Shown: in pieces, positions 45,329-55,794 of the stretch
Numbering within the stretch: the first letter of the stretch is position 1
How the letters are laid out: each line of letters opens with the position of its first letter
DNA from: Candidatus Zixiibacteriota bacterium
Lineage (GTDB): Bacteria; Zixibacteria; MSB-5A5; GN15; FEB-12
Direction of reading: 5' to 3'
Length of the DNA stretch: 64,000 bases
Assembly: GCA_024280215.1 (NCBI GenBank)
Contig: JAJRQO010000021.1
Location: 27,827-91,826, forward strand
Program-made: the position numbers and the translations under genes
The notes under the pieces: model-generated
The model's database searches: none
What the model was told of the DNA's origin: nothing
What the model saw: only the letters and a program-made list of their open reading frames with translations

Positions 45329-46327
45329 CTACACATGGAATTCGACAATATCTTTATAGCCAAGGACAAAATCTGGTTGAACTTTCTGCCCGTCAAATTT
45401 CCCCTCACCCCATACTTTGGCAAATTTTAACTTTTCGGCTATATCCCTATGGAGAGCATAAGCGGCGTCAGAGACAGTACCATTCACAGGGATGATAATC
45501 GGGTCTTTATAGTCGGGGTCATGACCAATCGGCTTGGTATAAATCCGCATTTTACCCGTCGCTTCAAAAAGAACAACCTGCAGTTGCACAAGCGACTCTT
45601 CATCTAAAATAGATGTAGCCACAATTTTAAAATCTGGAAACAGTTTGGCAAGTTCAACCTGTTTGGTTCCATCTTCATCTTCAAATGATTTATGGGCACA
45701 GATAACTGTATTTTTATAAGAGAATTTTGGGTCGTCCGCTTTTTCTAAATTATCTTTTTTTAGTAGGACTCTTTTTTCTTCTAAAGCATTTAATATAAAT
45801 TCGACATCAGCAACCATTGTCTCCGATGCTAAGTCAGCAACAAGAAGGACAATATCAGCATTGCGAATAAGCGAATTCATGTATGACTCAAAGAGGTCAG
45901 GAGAAATCGGCGGAGTATCTATCAGTTGCAGTTGTACGGTATCATTGAGTGCCATACCAGTCAATGGTTCTCGTGTAGAATATGGATAATCAGCAACTAA
46001 AGGCTTAGCATGCGTCATTGCATCGACAAGTGAAGATTTGCCCGCATTGGGAGCTCCGATAATAATAATCTGCGCGGCACCCTCTTTTTCAACATGGTCA
46101 TGTGTCGGTGCATTCTTAGCTCCATGCACTTTTTCACCACCACCAGCAATAAGTTTTTTGAGTTTGGAGATTTTAGTTTTCATCTCCGCTTGGAGTTTGT
46201 ACGTCCCTTTATGCTTTGGCATAATACGATGCAGCTCTTCAGCCATGCGAAGTTTTTCGTTGATATCTTGTTCTTCTTTAAAAGCTCGTTCAAGCTCGTA
46301 GTATTGAGGAGGTAGATTTGCAGGCAT
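45329..46327 (-). CDS. OBG-HflX-like GTPase with C-terminal TGS domain (DRG/Rbg-type architecture)
   Basis: 332 aa. N-terminal helical region with KGTYKLQAEMKTKISKLKK, G1 GAPNAGKSS, G3 DTPP, and a TGS-like C-terminus. Confidence 0.7.
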   Translation of the reverse strand: MPANLPPQYYELERAFKEEQDINEKLRMAEELHRIMPKHKGTYKLQAEMKTKISKLKKLIAGGGEKVHGAKNAPTHDHVEKEGAAQIIIIGAPNAGKSSLVDAMTHAKPLVADYPYSTREPLTGMALNDTVQLQLIDTPPISPDLFESYMNSLIRNADIVLLVADLASETMVADVEFILNALEEKRVLLKKDNLEKADDPKFSYKNTVICAHKSFEDEDGTKQVELAKLFPDFKIVATSILDEESLVQLQVVLFEATGKMRIYTKPIGHDPDYKDPIIIPVNGTVSDAAYALHRDIAEKLKFAKVWGEGKFDGQKVQPDFVLGYKDIVEFHV

Positions 46328-46328
46328 C

Positions 46329-47486
46329 TTATTTTTTATTCTTTTTGATAATAGTTTTTATTTGGCTACAGATTATGTCGACATCTTTTAGAGTAAGTGA
46401 CGGATATAACGGAAGCGTCACTATTCGTTTCCATGCTTGGGCAGTTTGTGGATACTCTTCAGGGTTCATCTCAAAAGCGGCTTGGTAGTAAGTGAATTCA
46501 AAAATTGGTTTATAATGTACACCACACTCTACTCCGAGTGCATCCATCTCTTTGATAAACTCATCACGTTCGATATTTAAACTTTTGAGATTAAGTTTTA
46601 TTATAAACAAATGCCACCCGTGGGTGGAGTCATCTGATATTTTTGGAAGGGTAATCTGTTCAGAATGGTCTGAAAGATTTTCTATATACCGTTCTACGAT
46701 TTTAACACGCTTTGTTTGTTCTTTTTCATACACCGTCGCCTGCCCTAAACCAACAGCCGCATGAAGTTCCGACATATTTGCTTTGATTCCCGTAGTGGCA
46801 ACATCGTATTCCCAGCTATTTTTTTCTTTACGTTCGGATGCCGACGATGTCATTCCATGTCGTGAAAGAATTTTGACAGCATCTGCAATCATCTTATGCT
46901 GAGTCAAGACAATGCCCCCCTCTCCACAGATAAGGTTTTTGGTCGCATGGAATGAAATAACCGAGGCGTCAACATGATGAACGATTGACTTTCCTTTGTA
47001 AGATGAACCTATCGCATGGGCGGAATCTGAAATAAGTGGAAGTTTATATTCAGTGCAAATTTTATTTATCGCATCATAGTTGCATGGTAAGCCAGCAATA
47101 TCAACAGTGATGATAGCTTTTGTGTTTATACGTACTTTCCGATACACATCTTCGGGATCAATATTTAAACTACTATCAATATCAGCAAAAACGGGTGTCG
47201 CCCCCACAGCAATAATTGCCTCGATGGTTGCGACAAAAGTAAACGGGGTCGTGATAACCTCGTCACCATATCCAATTCCTAATGCCATAAGGACCAATTG
47301 AAGCCCATCGGTTGCCGAGCTTACTGAAACTCCATAGGGAGAATCTGTCAGAGATAAAATTTTCTTTTCAAAATCTTTAGTCATTTTTCCAGGTGACAAC
47401 CAACCAGTCTCAAGCACTTTGGTTGCATTGCTGATTGCCTGTTTGGAGAGTTGTATGTCAAAGAGAGGGATTTTACTGTTTTTCAT
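46329..47486 (-). CDS. DegT/DnrJ/EryC1/StrS-family sugar aminotransferase
   Basis: 385 aa. PLP-lysine context SFHATKNL. Confidence 0.85.
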   Translation of the reverse strand: MKNSKIPLFDIQLSKQAISNATKVLETGWLSPGKMTKDFEKKILSLTDSPYGVSVSSATDGLQLVLMALGIGYGDEVITTPFTFVATIEAIIAVGATPVFADIDSSLNIDPEDVYRKVRINTKAIITVDIAGLPCNYDAINKICTEYKLPLISDSAHAIGSSYKGKSIVHHVDASVISFHATKNLICGEGGIVLTQHKMIADAVKILSRHGMTSSASERKEKNSWEYDVATTGIKANMSELHAAVGLGQATVYEKEQTKRVKIVERYIENLSDHSEQITLPKISDDSTHGWHLFIIKLNLKSLNIERDEFIKEMDALGVECGVHYKPIFEFTYYQAAFEMNPEEYPQTAQAWKRIVTLPLYPSLTLKDVDIICSQIKTIIKKNKK

Positions 47487-49020
47487 TTTTTTTCACAAAT
47501 TCAAAAAATTGTTGTATCAATTCATTCTGCCTTAAAATATACAAACTCAACAAATAAATAACAACTAAAACGAACCCTGAACCAATGAGATACAAAACTA
47601 TATTGAGATATGATTGCTCAAAAGATACTGAGATTAAATATTTATCTATCATATAAAGCAAGTACCCCGAAGAGATTCCAGCAAAAATCAAACTTACAAA
47701 TGTCGCCAGAAATTGTTTCTTATCTTGCATCTTTGTTTTTAGCATCAGAAAGAGAATCATCGCAACTGCAAAGAAAAGATGTGCTGTTGCGGTAGCAACT
47801 GAAATGCCGGCGTATCCAAAAGTATTTGACAAAAGTGTATTCAAAACAAATTTCAAGGCAAACGCACCCACGACAAAAAGAAGTACAGTCCTCCCCCATC
47901 CTCCTGAATAACATGCCCGCATCGAGGTTGAGATAACAAAAAGTGAGACAATCGAAATTACATAAGGGCGTAGAGTTGTCGCGGTCAATTCGACCGAGTG
48001 AGCGTCAAATTGTCCTCGGTGAAACAGAAGATAAACTATTTGCTCGGCATGTAAAAAGAAAAATGTTGCAATTGGAATCGCAATAAAAACCGCCGAAAGA
48101 ATTGCTTTTTTATAGAATGCTTGAAAACGATGTAGTTGGTCGGTCTCAGATGATTCAGAAAACAATGGAAAAACAACCGCACCAATGGCAAACCCTATAA
48201 TAGAATCTGGCAATTGCACGATAACCTGCGAATAGTTCAATGCTGAAATCACTCCCTCGCCAAATGATGGAGCGATGAAACGATCAAGCAGAAAATATGA
48301 ACGGTTTATCAGTTCGATAAGAACAACAACACCAGCGGTTTTAAATAGTGCTTGAGAATGTTCGGTTATAAATTTTGGTGTATAGTTATTAAATGGTTTA
48401 TACAACATAATTTTTGAAAGTAAAAATAGATTTTGGAAGAACAACCCTGCTATGACACCGATAATAATTGCACCGACTGAAAACGATTCATATAAAAAGT
48501 AAATTGAAGCTATGCAAAACAGATTGTAAGCGATAAATCCACCAGCTGGAAAGATGAATATTTTTTTGACATTTAAAAATGCCCGCATGAACGCTTCGGT
48601 TGTACCAAGTAAAATCATCACCGATGAAAGACGACTATACAACACAACTTGTGAAAATTGTTCAGTTATTAATTGCGAACCCCAAATTTTCATTATATAA
48701 GGAGAACCAAAAATTATAATAAGCATCAACACAAAAGATGACAATAATATAAGATTTAACGGTGGGTAAATTGCATTCCAATTTGTATCGTTGCCCAACT
48801 CTTGTTGTTTGGATAAAAAAGGAACAAAAAAGTATATCGAGGCAAAATTAATAACTCCGTACGCTAAGGCTGGAAGCATAACAGCAATAAGATATATATC
48901 ATAGTCAGCTGTTGTACCAAAGATGTCAGCAATAACCATTTCACGAACAAATCCAAGTAGTCGGGAGATGAGAATTATGATTGCTACGGAAAATATTGTT
49001 TTAGAAATTCGTGAGGACAT
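47473..49020 (-). CDS. murJ: Lipid II flippase MurJ/MviN family
   Basis: 515 aa, about 14 TM helices. N-terminal SRLLGFVREMVIADIFG is typical of MurJ. Confidence 0.85.
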   Translation of the reverse strand: MSSRISKTIFSVAIIILISRLLGFVREMVIADIFGTTADYDIYLIAVMLPALAYGVINFASIYFFVPFLSKQQELGNDTNWNAIYPPLNLILLSSFVLMLIIIFGSPYIMKIWGSQLITEQFSQVVLYSRLSSVMILLGTTEAFMRAFLNVKKIFIFPAGGFIAYNLFCIASIYFLYESFSVGAIIIGVIAGLFFQNLFLLSKIMLYKPFNNYTPKFITEHSQALFKTAGVVVLIELINRSYFLLDRFIAPSFGEGVISALNYSQVIVQLPDSIIGFAIGAVVFPLFSESSETDQLHRFQAFYKKAILSAVFIAIPIATFFFLHAEQIVYLLFHRGQFDAHSVELTATTLRPYVISIVSLFVISTSMRACYSGGWGRTVLLFVVGAFALKFVLNTLLSNTFGYAGISVATATAHLFFAVAMILFLMLKTKMQDKKQFLATFVSLIFAGISSGYLLYMIDKYLISVSFEQSYLNIVLYLIGSGFVLVVIYLLSLYILRQNELIQQFFEFVKKNEKQ

Positions 49021-49047
49021 ATATGTTCAAATCATTTTTAAATTAAT

Positions 49048-49079
49048 AAGAAAAAAGGAGTCTAAAAAAAGACTCCTTT
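49048..49079 (-). terminator. Rho-independent terminator between the second DegT gene and murJ
   Basis: Stem aaggagtc / gactcctt, followed by a T-run on the minus strand. Confidence 0.7.
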
Positions 49080-49097
49080 CATAGTTGAAACTATAAC

Positions 49098-50204
49098 CTA
49101 CGAGACCGCATTTTTTACCGCTTCAATAACAATCTGTTGTTCATCTGGTGTCATTTCAGGATAAATTGGAATGGACAAAACGGTGTCTGCCGCTTGGTTG
49201 GTCATTGGTAAATCCTCAGGTTTATAGCCTAAGTCAGCAAAACATTCCTGCTTATGAAATGGTACTGGATAGTAAATATCAGAACCAATTTTAGCTTCTC
49301 TTAGTTTTGCGGCTACTTCATCACGGTTCTCAATTGCAATGGTGTACTGATTATAAATATGAAAATCAGAATAGTCCATAACTTTTGGCGTTGTGATAGC
49401 AGAGGTGTCGGCAAAAGCATCGTCATAAATTTTTGCATGTTCGATTCTTTTTTCTGACCATTTTTGCAGATGAGGCATCTTAACAAGAAGTATCGCAGCT
49501 TGAATAGACGCTAAGCGAGAATTAAAACCGATAATTTTATGATAGTATTTTGGCTTAGCACCATGATTACGAAGGATGGTCAGAAGTTCGACATTTTCAT
49601 CAATGTTAGTTGTAATGATTCCACCATCACCACCCGCTCCAAGATTTTTGGACGGGTAAAATGAAAAGCAACCGTAGTCGCCCATCGAACCAGCAGCTTT
49701 ACCTTTATACTTCGCACCAATTGCCTGAGCCGCATCTTCAATAACTTTGAGGTTATGCTTTTTGGCAATTTCTAAAATCGGATCCATATCAGCAACCTGC
49801 CCAAAAAGATGCACAGGGATAATTGCTTTTGTTTTATCTGTGATAGCAGCTTCTATAAGTTTTGGGTCGATATTATAAGAATCTTTTTCGATGTCGATAA
49901 AAACTGGTGTTGCACCAAGACGTGAGATTGTTCCCGCTGTCGCAAAGAATGAAAAATCAGTTGTAATCACTTCATCACCAGCTCTAACGCCAGCGGCAAA
50001 AAGAGCAAGAAGAAGTGCATCAGTTCCCGAAGCAACACCACGTGAGTATGCCACACCAGAAAGAGTTGCAATTTGTTTTTCAAGTTCGGTTACTTCTGGT
50101 CCTAATATAAACCAGCCATGATCTAATACATTTAAAACCGCTTTGTTCATATCTTCTTTGAGATATGCATACTGGCGGGATAGATCTAAAAGAGGTACTG
50201 ACAT
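49098..50204 (-). CDS. DegT/DnrJ/EryC1/StrS-family sugar aminotransferase
   Basis: 368 aa. PLP-lysine context SFYPSKNLGA. Confidence 0.9.
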   Translation of the reverse strand: MSVPLLDLSRQYAYLKEDMNKAVLNVLDHGWFILGPEVTELEKQIATLSGVAYSRGVASGTDALLLALFAAGVRAGDEVITTDFSFFATAGTISRLGATPVFIDIEKDSYNIDPKLIEAAITDKTKAIIPVHLFGQVADMDPILEIAKKHNLKVIEDAAQAIGAKYKGKAAGSMGDYGCFSFYPSKNLGAGGDGGIITTNIDENVELLTILRNHGAKPKYYHKIIGFNSRLASIQAAILLVKMPHLQKWSEKRIEHAKIYDDAFADTSAITTPKVMDYSDFHIYNQYTIAIENRDEVAAKLREAKIGSDIYYPVPFHKQECFADLGYKPEDLPMTNQAADTVLSIPIYPEMTPDEQQIVIEAVKNAVS

Positions 50205-50218
50205 TTTATTTTAATCCT

Positions 50219-50980
50219 TTATTCGTCATTCCAACCCTGGTTTTCCAGAAGTTGATCTTGTGGTACATCACGTAAAACTTTTGCTGGCATTCCAGCCACT
50301 ATTTTTTTTGATGGGACATCTCTTGAAACTAAGGCACCTGCGGCAACCAAAGAATCTTCTTCGATAGTTTTCCCCGGCAAAATTGTTGAATTAACCCCGA
50401 TTCGAGCACCTTTCTCAATGATGACACCCTTGAAATTTTCAAATCGCTCTTTGGTTCTTCCAACAAAATTATCATTGGAAGTAGCCACACACGGTGCGAC
50501 AAAAACTCTATCAGCGACCTCTGAGTAAGCAGTAATATAGACATTCGTTTCGAGCTTGACATATTTACCGATATTACAGAAATTTTCTATTGCAACACCA
50601 CGTCCGACAATAGTTTTTTTGCCAACCGTAACATTTTCTCTTACCGTTGCTAAGTCAGCGACCAATACTTTTTCGCCGATTGTACATCCACGATAAATAA
50701 TAACAGAGGTTCCAATTATACAATCTGAAGCAATCGTACATGGCGGTAGTTCTTCATCTTTGGTCACAGCAGAGTTTGCTGCTTTCATAGGGCGTTTACC
50801 AATGACAGTATTGTCGTCGATTCGAACATTGTTTCCAATGGTACTGTTTTCATGAATAACAACATGATGTCCGATTTGGCATCCTGCTCCAATTGTCACA
50901 TCTTTACATATGACACAAAATTCACCAAGTGAACTGTCTGAAGATATTTGCGCCGAACTATCTATATGAGATGTTGCCAT
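50219..50980 (-). CDS. Hexapeptide-repeat (left-handed beta-helix) sugar N-acetyltransferase
   Basis: 253 aa with repeated [LIV]-G-x-x-x-x hexads throughout. Adjacent to the aminotransferase. Confidence 0.8.
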   Translation of the reverse strand: MATSHIDSSAQISSDSSLGEFCVICKDVTIGAGCQIGHHVVIHENSTIGNNVRIDDNTVIGKRPMKAANSAVTKDEELPPCTIASDCIIGTSVIIYRGCTIGEKVLVADLATVRENVTVGKKTIVGRGVAIENFCNIGKYVKLETNVYITAYSEVADRVFVAPCVATSNDNFVGRTKERFENFKGVIIEKGARIGVNSTILPGKTIEEDSLVAAGALVSRDVPSKKIVAGMPAKVLRDVPQDQLLENQGWNDE

Positions 50981-51030
50981 AAACCTATCCTTTATAATTT
51001 CTTCATTATACTATTACAAAAATAAATTGT

Positions 51031-52230
51031 TCATTTCTTTTTTGTCACACCTGGAAGCCATCCAAAATATGCTGAGAGAAAATGAATCGCTCTATTGTAA
51101 TCATCTGGAGATTTTTTTTCAAGCTTTCTAAAATATTCCAAAAGCACTGCGAGGAAAATCGCAAAGAAAAACGAACCCGCCACCGAACCCAGTACTATGA
51201 AAGTTCTTTTTGGTCGACTTTTTATTTGCGGAACATCAGCCTTATCTAAGACCGAAAGGGTCGGCATTTTTTCAAACTCTTTCATTTTCGCCTGTTCTCG
51301 TTGTTCGAGCAAAACTTGGTAAAGTGCTTCAGAGACTTTGACCTTGCTAAATAATTTTTCATACTCACCTTTGAGAGATGGTATCGATGCCACAGGTAAT
51401 GAGAAGAAAGAACTATCAGCGTTTGAAGTTTCAAGACTATAGAGTTGATCTTTTATAATCTCTTTTTGTCTTTGTAAATCAACCAGCTTGGCATTGTTAG
51501 CACCAAGGGAGATTTCACTCATCTTCACTTTAAGCTCAAGCTCCGCAAGTTTTATTTTGAGTTGGATCGCTTGGTCGATTGCCAGTCTGGTTTGTTCATC
51601 AAAATCAACTGTTTTATATTTCATTTGAAATGCCTGTAAAGCAAAACGAGCGGAGTCTAAATCAGTCAAAACCTGAGCAAATCTACTTTCTACAAAATCT
51701 TTTGTCTGACTTATTCTGTCTGCGATAATCCCACGATTGACTTCATCAAGTGCTTCGACAAAGGTATTGGTAATATCGGCTGCCATTTGTGGACTTTTAT
51801 CCTCGACAGAAACCGACAACAGCCCTTCTTCGGTTACTCGAATTATAGTATGATACATAAGTGCATCATAGGTCTCTTCAAAAGTCTGCGTCATATAGTA
51901 TTCGTGTAAGTTGAACTTATCAATAACTTTTTTAGTAACACTTTTACTTTTTAACATCCGAGCATAGAGATCATTAGGAGTTGTTAGCACAGGAAGATTA
52001 AGTCCTGAAGTAATTGAAAATGCTTCCGAGAACCTTGATGAACCAGCTAAAGCAGATGAAATATTTTTAGGTGGTAATAAAAGAGCTTCTGTCTTGTACC
52101 ACAATGGGAGTGTCATGGCAATAACAACAGATACAATCGTCGCCAGCAAAACTATGCTTATTATAAGAGTTCTTCTTTTTGCTAAAACTTCTAAAAAGAG
52201 CCATACATTTGATGTCTGTTCTTGATTCAT
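51031..52230 (-). CDS. Polysaccharide co-polymerase / chain-length determinant (Wzz-like, no kinase domain)
   Basis: 399 aa. N- and C-terminal TM helices flank a coiled-coil periplasmic region, with a Wzz-type N-terminus. Confidence 0.75.
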   Translation of the reverse strand: MNQEQTSNVWLFLEVLAKRRTLIISIVLLATIVSVVIAMTLPLWYKTEALLLPPKNISSALAGSSRFSEAFSITSGLNLPVLTTPNDLYARMLKSKSVTKKVIDKFNLHEYYMTQTFEETYDALMYHTIIRVTEEGLLSVSVEDKSPQMAADITNTFVEALDEVNRGIIADRISQTKDFVESRFAQVLTDLDSARFALQAFQMKYKTVDFDEQTRLAIDQAIQLKIKLAELELKVKMSEISLGANNAKLVDLQRQKEIIKDQLYSLETSNADSSFFSLPVASIPSLKGEYEKLFSKVKVSEALYQVLLEQREQAKMKEFEKMPTLSVLDKADVPQIKSRPKRTFIVLGSVAGSFFFAIFLAVLLEYFRKLEKKSPDDYNRAIHFLSAYFGWLPGVTKKK

Positions 52231-53561
52231 TTTAACTCCTCTTTCACTTGGATAATAATTTCGGCACCATCGGGAACTAAAACTCCAGAGTGTACAACAC
52301 TTGTACTTTTTGAAATAGGGTTAAAGATTTGAACTTCATCTTTATTAGAAGTAGGTAAAAAACCACCCGCAGATTTAATATAAAACAAAACATCTTTTTT
52401 AAATTGATATGGGAAGTAACCCGGATTTAAAACCGAACCAGAAACTTTCACAAATCCTACCTGCCATGGAACAAAAATAGAATCATTGACTTCAAGAAGT
52501 ATTGAAGACTGCGAAACATTATCATATGGAATTGAGATTGGATATCTCACAATCGATTTTTCTCCATGAGAATCAACCAATGGTTTACGAAAAACAGTTA
52601 TTGAATTTTTGTTCGCATCGGTAAGAACGCCACCAGCCAGACGAAGTAAATCATCTAAAGATAGCGATGCGTTATAAGCATAAACGCCTTGATTTGAAAC
52701 AGCACCAAAAAGTTTTACTTGTTGTGTATTCTGAGAGACTGATGACTTCACGACAAGAACGTCTTTTGCTTGAATATTGTTATTATCTATTCTTTTATTA
52801 CCTCGAATTATTTGAACATCTGACATAGTCGTAAAATTTTTAAACTTTCCTGCCAGCTGAATCATCATAGCTAAATCATCCCCCTCTTGTAATTCTATTT
52901 CACGAGGAGAATTTACATCACCAACAATATGAATTGTCTCAGAGGATTTACTTGGAACTTCAATTGCTTTCCCAGCATAAAGATAAGGGTTAGAAAAAAC
53001 ATCACCAAGATATTTTGCTTTATCTAAATCAACAGGGAGAACTTTATTCTCAGAAATAAATTTGATATTTCTTGTTGAACCATTTTCTAAAAGACCTCCA
53101 GCTTTGGTAATTAAATCTGAAACACGGTCAGTAGTTAGTCCTCGATAGATACCTGGCTTCTTGACAGAGCCAAAAACCGCTATTGAAACTTGTCTGGGTT
53201 CGGTAATCGACACTTCAATTTGAGAATCATTATACAATTCTTTTAAAGTCTCTGTAAGTTTATTCTTGGCGTATGCCAAAGTTTGGTTTTGAAGATTAAT
53301 CAGCCCAATTGTCTCATGAACAATTTTCCCTTCAGGATCAACCGTAAGGCTTACTGGTTCTATTTGAGAATGTATAAAAGTGACTAACAATTTATCCCCT
53401 GGACGAATCAAATAAAGTTCTGGATTTACAGGGGTGTCAAAAAGATTGACATCTTCTTCCGCTTGTACAAAAACGGCAAAAAAGAGTATAAAAACAATAC
53501 TACATATAAGTATATTTTTCATCTGTTTCCTATGTTTTCTCATTAAAAACAAGGATAGCAA
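52227..53561 (-). CDS. Polysaccharide export protein (Wza-like, Poly_export plus SLBB repeats)
   Basis: 444 aa. Signal peptide, PGDKLLVTF motif, and repeated SLBB-like segments. Confidence 0.75.
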   Translation of the reverse strand: MLSLFLMRKHRKQMKNILICSIVFILFFAVFVQAEEDVNLFDTPVNPELYLIRPGDKLLVTFIHSQIEPVSLTVDPEGKIVHETIGLINLQNQTLAYAKNKLTETLKELYNDSQIEVSITEPRQVSIAVFGSVKKPGIYRGLTTDRVSDLITKAGGLLENGSTRNIKFISENKVLPVDLDKAKYLGDVFSNPYLYAGKAIEVPSKSSETIHIVGDVNSPREIELQEGDDLAMMIQLAGKFKNFTTMSDVQIIRGNKRIDNNNIQAKDVLVVKSSVSQNTQQVKLFGAVSNQGVYAYNASLSLDDLLRLAGGVLTDANKNSITVFRKPLVDSHGEKSIVRYPISIPYDNVSQSSILLEVNDSIFVPWQVGFVKVSGSVLNPGYFPYQFKKDVLFYIKSAGGFLPTSNKDEVQIFNPISKSTSVVHSGVLVPDGAEIIIQVKEELK

Positions 53562-53705
53562 AATGGCTCTTCAAAGTCAATCTCAATTACATAGTTATTT
53601 CGCTCGTTTTAACTGAAAAAAGTGTTCTGGGAAAGAATATTTAAATACCATAATTCAAATAAATAAACTACATTAGAGACTTAACTATTAAACGAATAAA
53701 ACTAT

Positions 53706-54812
53706 ATGAAAAAATTCTCATACCTACAAAGCAAAGATTTTTATGTTCCTACTCTCCTATTTTTGATTTTTATAATTACTTCATTTACAATTTTAAATAC
53801 AGGTGATTATAAATACTATTCAATGCAAAGGATGTTAATTCAATGGGATGGGCAACACTATCTCTCTATTGCACGTGATGGTTATGAAAAATATCCGTGT
53901 CAGTATTCACCGAACAATGTGTGTGGCAATGTTGGCTGGTTTCCATTTTATCCGCTCGTAGGTTCACTTTTGGCGGTTTTACCAATTCCTATAAATCAAA
54001 TAATGATTGGCTTGAGCTGGTTGTCATTTTGGCTGGCTTTGCTATTGTTATATCGGTTTACAAAAAAATTATATTCCGAAAAAATAGCTCTATGGACGAT
54101 AGTTGCTTTAATGTTGTTTCCGACATCTTTTTATTACTTAACGGCATTTCCATATTCAATGTATTTACTTTTGACAATGTTGATATTCACATTTTTATTC
54201 GAGAGAAAATATCTCTACCTCATACCGCTTTCGGCAATGCTTGCCGTCACCTATCCATCAGGAATTGTAATAGCCCTACCAATGATGTTCACTCTCTGGC
54301 AGGAAAGAAAGATCGCTACTCTCAAAGAAAAACTGTTCTTAGCATCTTCTCTTATTGCAATAGGAGTTGGTTTGACCTCGTATTGTTTATATAACTATGT
54401 TGTCTTTGATGATTTTTTCTTATACAATCATTTTCAGGCACAATCATACTTTGCCCATAAAGCGACATTTCCACTCATAACTCTCTATGAAACCCTTACA
54501 GTCCTTCCATTGACTCATATCATTTCTTTGACAATTACATTTACAATAGCGTTGCTGGTTCTCTTTTATCAGAGAAATCAAGATATACGATTACAACTTT
54601 TCATGTTTGGAATTCTACTCTTCACGCCAACGGCAGGAACAACTGATTGCTATTATCGACATATAATTGTCGCCTTTCCTCTCTTTATAATGATAGGAAA
54701 TGCAATTGAATCAAAACGTAAAAAATATCTGATAGGCATTTATATTGCCATATCTATTTTATTGGCTGGTTATCTCTACTTGCCACTCTACAAGTGGGGC
54801 AACTTAATGTAG
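53706..54812 (+). CDS. GT-C-type membrane glycosyltransferase-like protein (PIG-V-like mannosyltransferase motif)
   Basis: 368 aa, at least 9 TM helices. The motif WDGQHYLSIARDGYE in the first loop is characteristic of this family. Confidence 0.55.
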   Translation: MKKFSYLQSKDFYVPTLLFLIFIITSFTILNTGDYKYYSMQRMLIQWDGQHYLSIARDGYEKYPCQYSPNNVCGNVGWFPFYPLVGSLLAVLPIPINQIMIGLSWLSFWLALLLLYRFTKKLYSEKIALWTIVALMLFPTSFYYLTAFPYSMYLLLTMLIFTFLFERKYLYLIPLSAMLAVTYPSGIVIALPMMFTLWQERKIATLKEKLFLASSLIAIGVGLTSYCLYNYVVFDDFFLYNHFQAQSYFAHKATFPLITLYETLTVLPLTHIISLTITFTIALLVLFYQRNQDIRLQLFMFGILLFTPTAGTTDCYYRHIIVAFPLFIMIGNAIESKRKKYLIGIYIAISILLAGYLYLPLYKWGNLM

Positions 54813-54814
54813 CT

Positions 54815-55246
54815 TTATTTCAAGAATGTAAGTCTTCTGAGGGTGTCACCATTTATATGTTCGAGTATAATAATGTCTCCATCTGTAAGAAAATCAGCTT
54901 TGAATACTCCTTTAGGGATATTGAGCGTATCACAATTATTATAAGAAATCTCCCCAACAGAGAAGCTGACAGTATTAGTCCAAAAGTTATCAACAAGTCC
55001 AGAGTGATTACAAAAATTAACTTCTCCTTCTGAAATATCATAAAAACGAAGTGAATATGAGACGTTGTTGATTAAGGTCATTTCGACGGAATCTCTACGA
55101 CGAGTCCCAATATTCCCCGCATCATTATTACTGACAAATAGCCCTCGAAAAGTTTTTATATCTCGATCCTCATTACCATCGGTTATAGTGTGACTACAAC
55201 CAAATAAAAACAAAGCTGCCATAGTTATAAAACATTTTTGAAGCAT
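54815..55246 (-). CDS. Lipoprotein, unknown function (paralog of 55300-55794)
   Basis: 143 aa. Lipobox LFLFGC. Shares YSL.F......V.FC.HSG....F......F....[16 protein letters not shown] with its neighbour. Confidence 0.7.
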   Translation of the reverse strand: MLQKCFITMAALFLFGCSHTITDGNEDRDIKTFRGLFVSNNDAGNIGTRRRDSVEMTLINNVSYSLRFYDISEGEVNFCNHSGLVDNFWTNTVSFSVGEISYNNCDTLNIPKGVFKADFLTDGDIIILEHINGDTLRRLTFLK

Positions 55247-55299
55247 TGCAATCTCCTGAGTTTAAAAAAGAGACGAAATAGAATTTCAAAATGTTTAAA

Positions 55300-55794
55300 C
55301 TATTGTAAAAACTTTATAATATATAAAGAATCATAATCTGTTCCAGCAATATCTTTACCAGAAACATTTTTATAAATCCAAACGGTGTCACCATGATTGA
55401 TAAAATCAGCGACAAAAGTCCCACGAGGAACATTTAACGTATCGCAATTATTATATGAAATCGAGGTTGGATCAAATGACGCTTTTCCTGTCCCAAAGTC
55501 TAAAATAGTTCCACTATGGTCACAGAAATCAACAATATCAAGAGAATCAGCCTGAAAGAATTGCAATGAATAGGTCGTGTTACGAACAACTGAAAACCGT
55601 ATCGAATCTATTTTAGCTAACTCTTCGACTAACAACGAATCGCGTATCATGTAAGTACCAACAAAATCCTCATTTGAGGGGCCTAAGTTGCTTTGATTAT
55701 CCGGACAACCAATAAGTAGAAAAGAACTAAGTAGTACTACCAGAAAAACCAGACATGTACATTTATTTAGAGACATTGACTTCATCGGCTTCAT
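55300..55794 (-). CDS. Lipoprotein, unknown function (paralog of 54815-55246)
   Basis: 164 aa. Lipobox FLLIGC. Its 5' end overlaps the last codons of pyrG. Confidence 0.7.
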   Translation of the reverse strand: MKPMKSMSLNKCTCLVFLVVLLSSFLLIGCPDNQSNLGPSNEDFVGTYMIRDSLLVEELAKIDSIRFSVVRNTTYSLQFFQADSLDIVDFCDHSGTILDFGTGKASFDPTSISYNNCDTLNVPRGTFVADFINHGDTVWIYKNVSGKDIAGTDYDSLYIIKFLQ

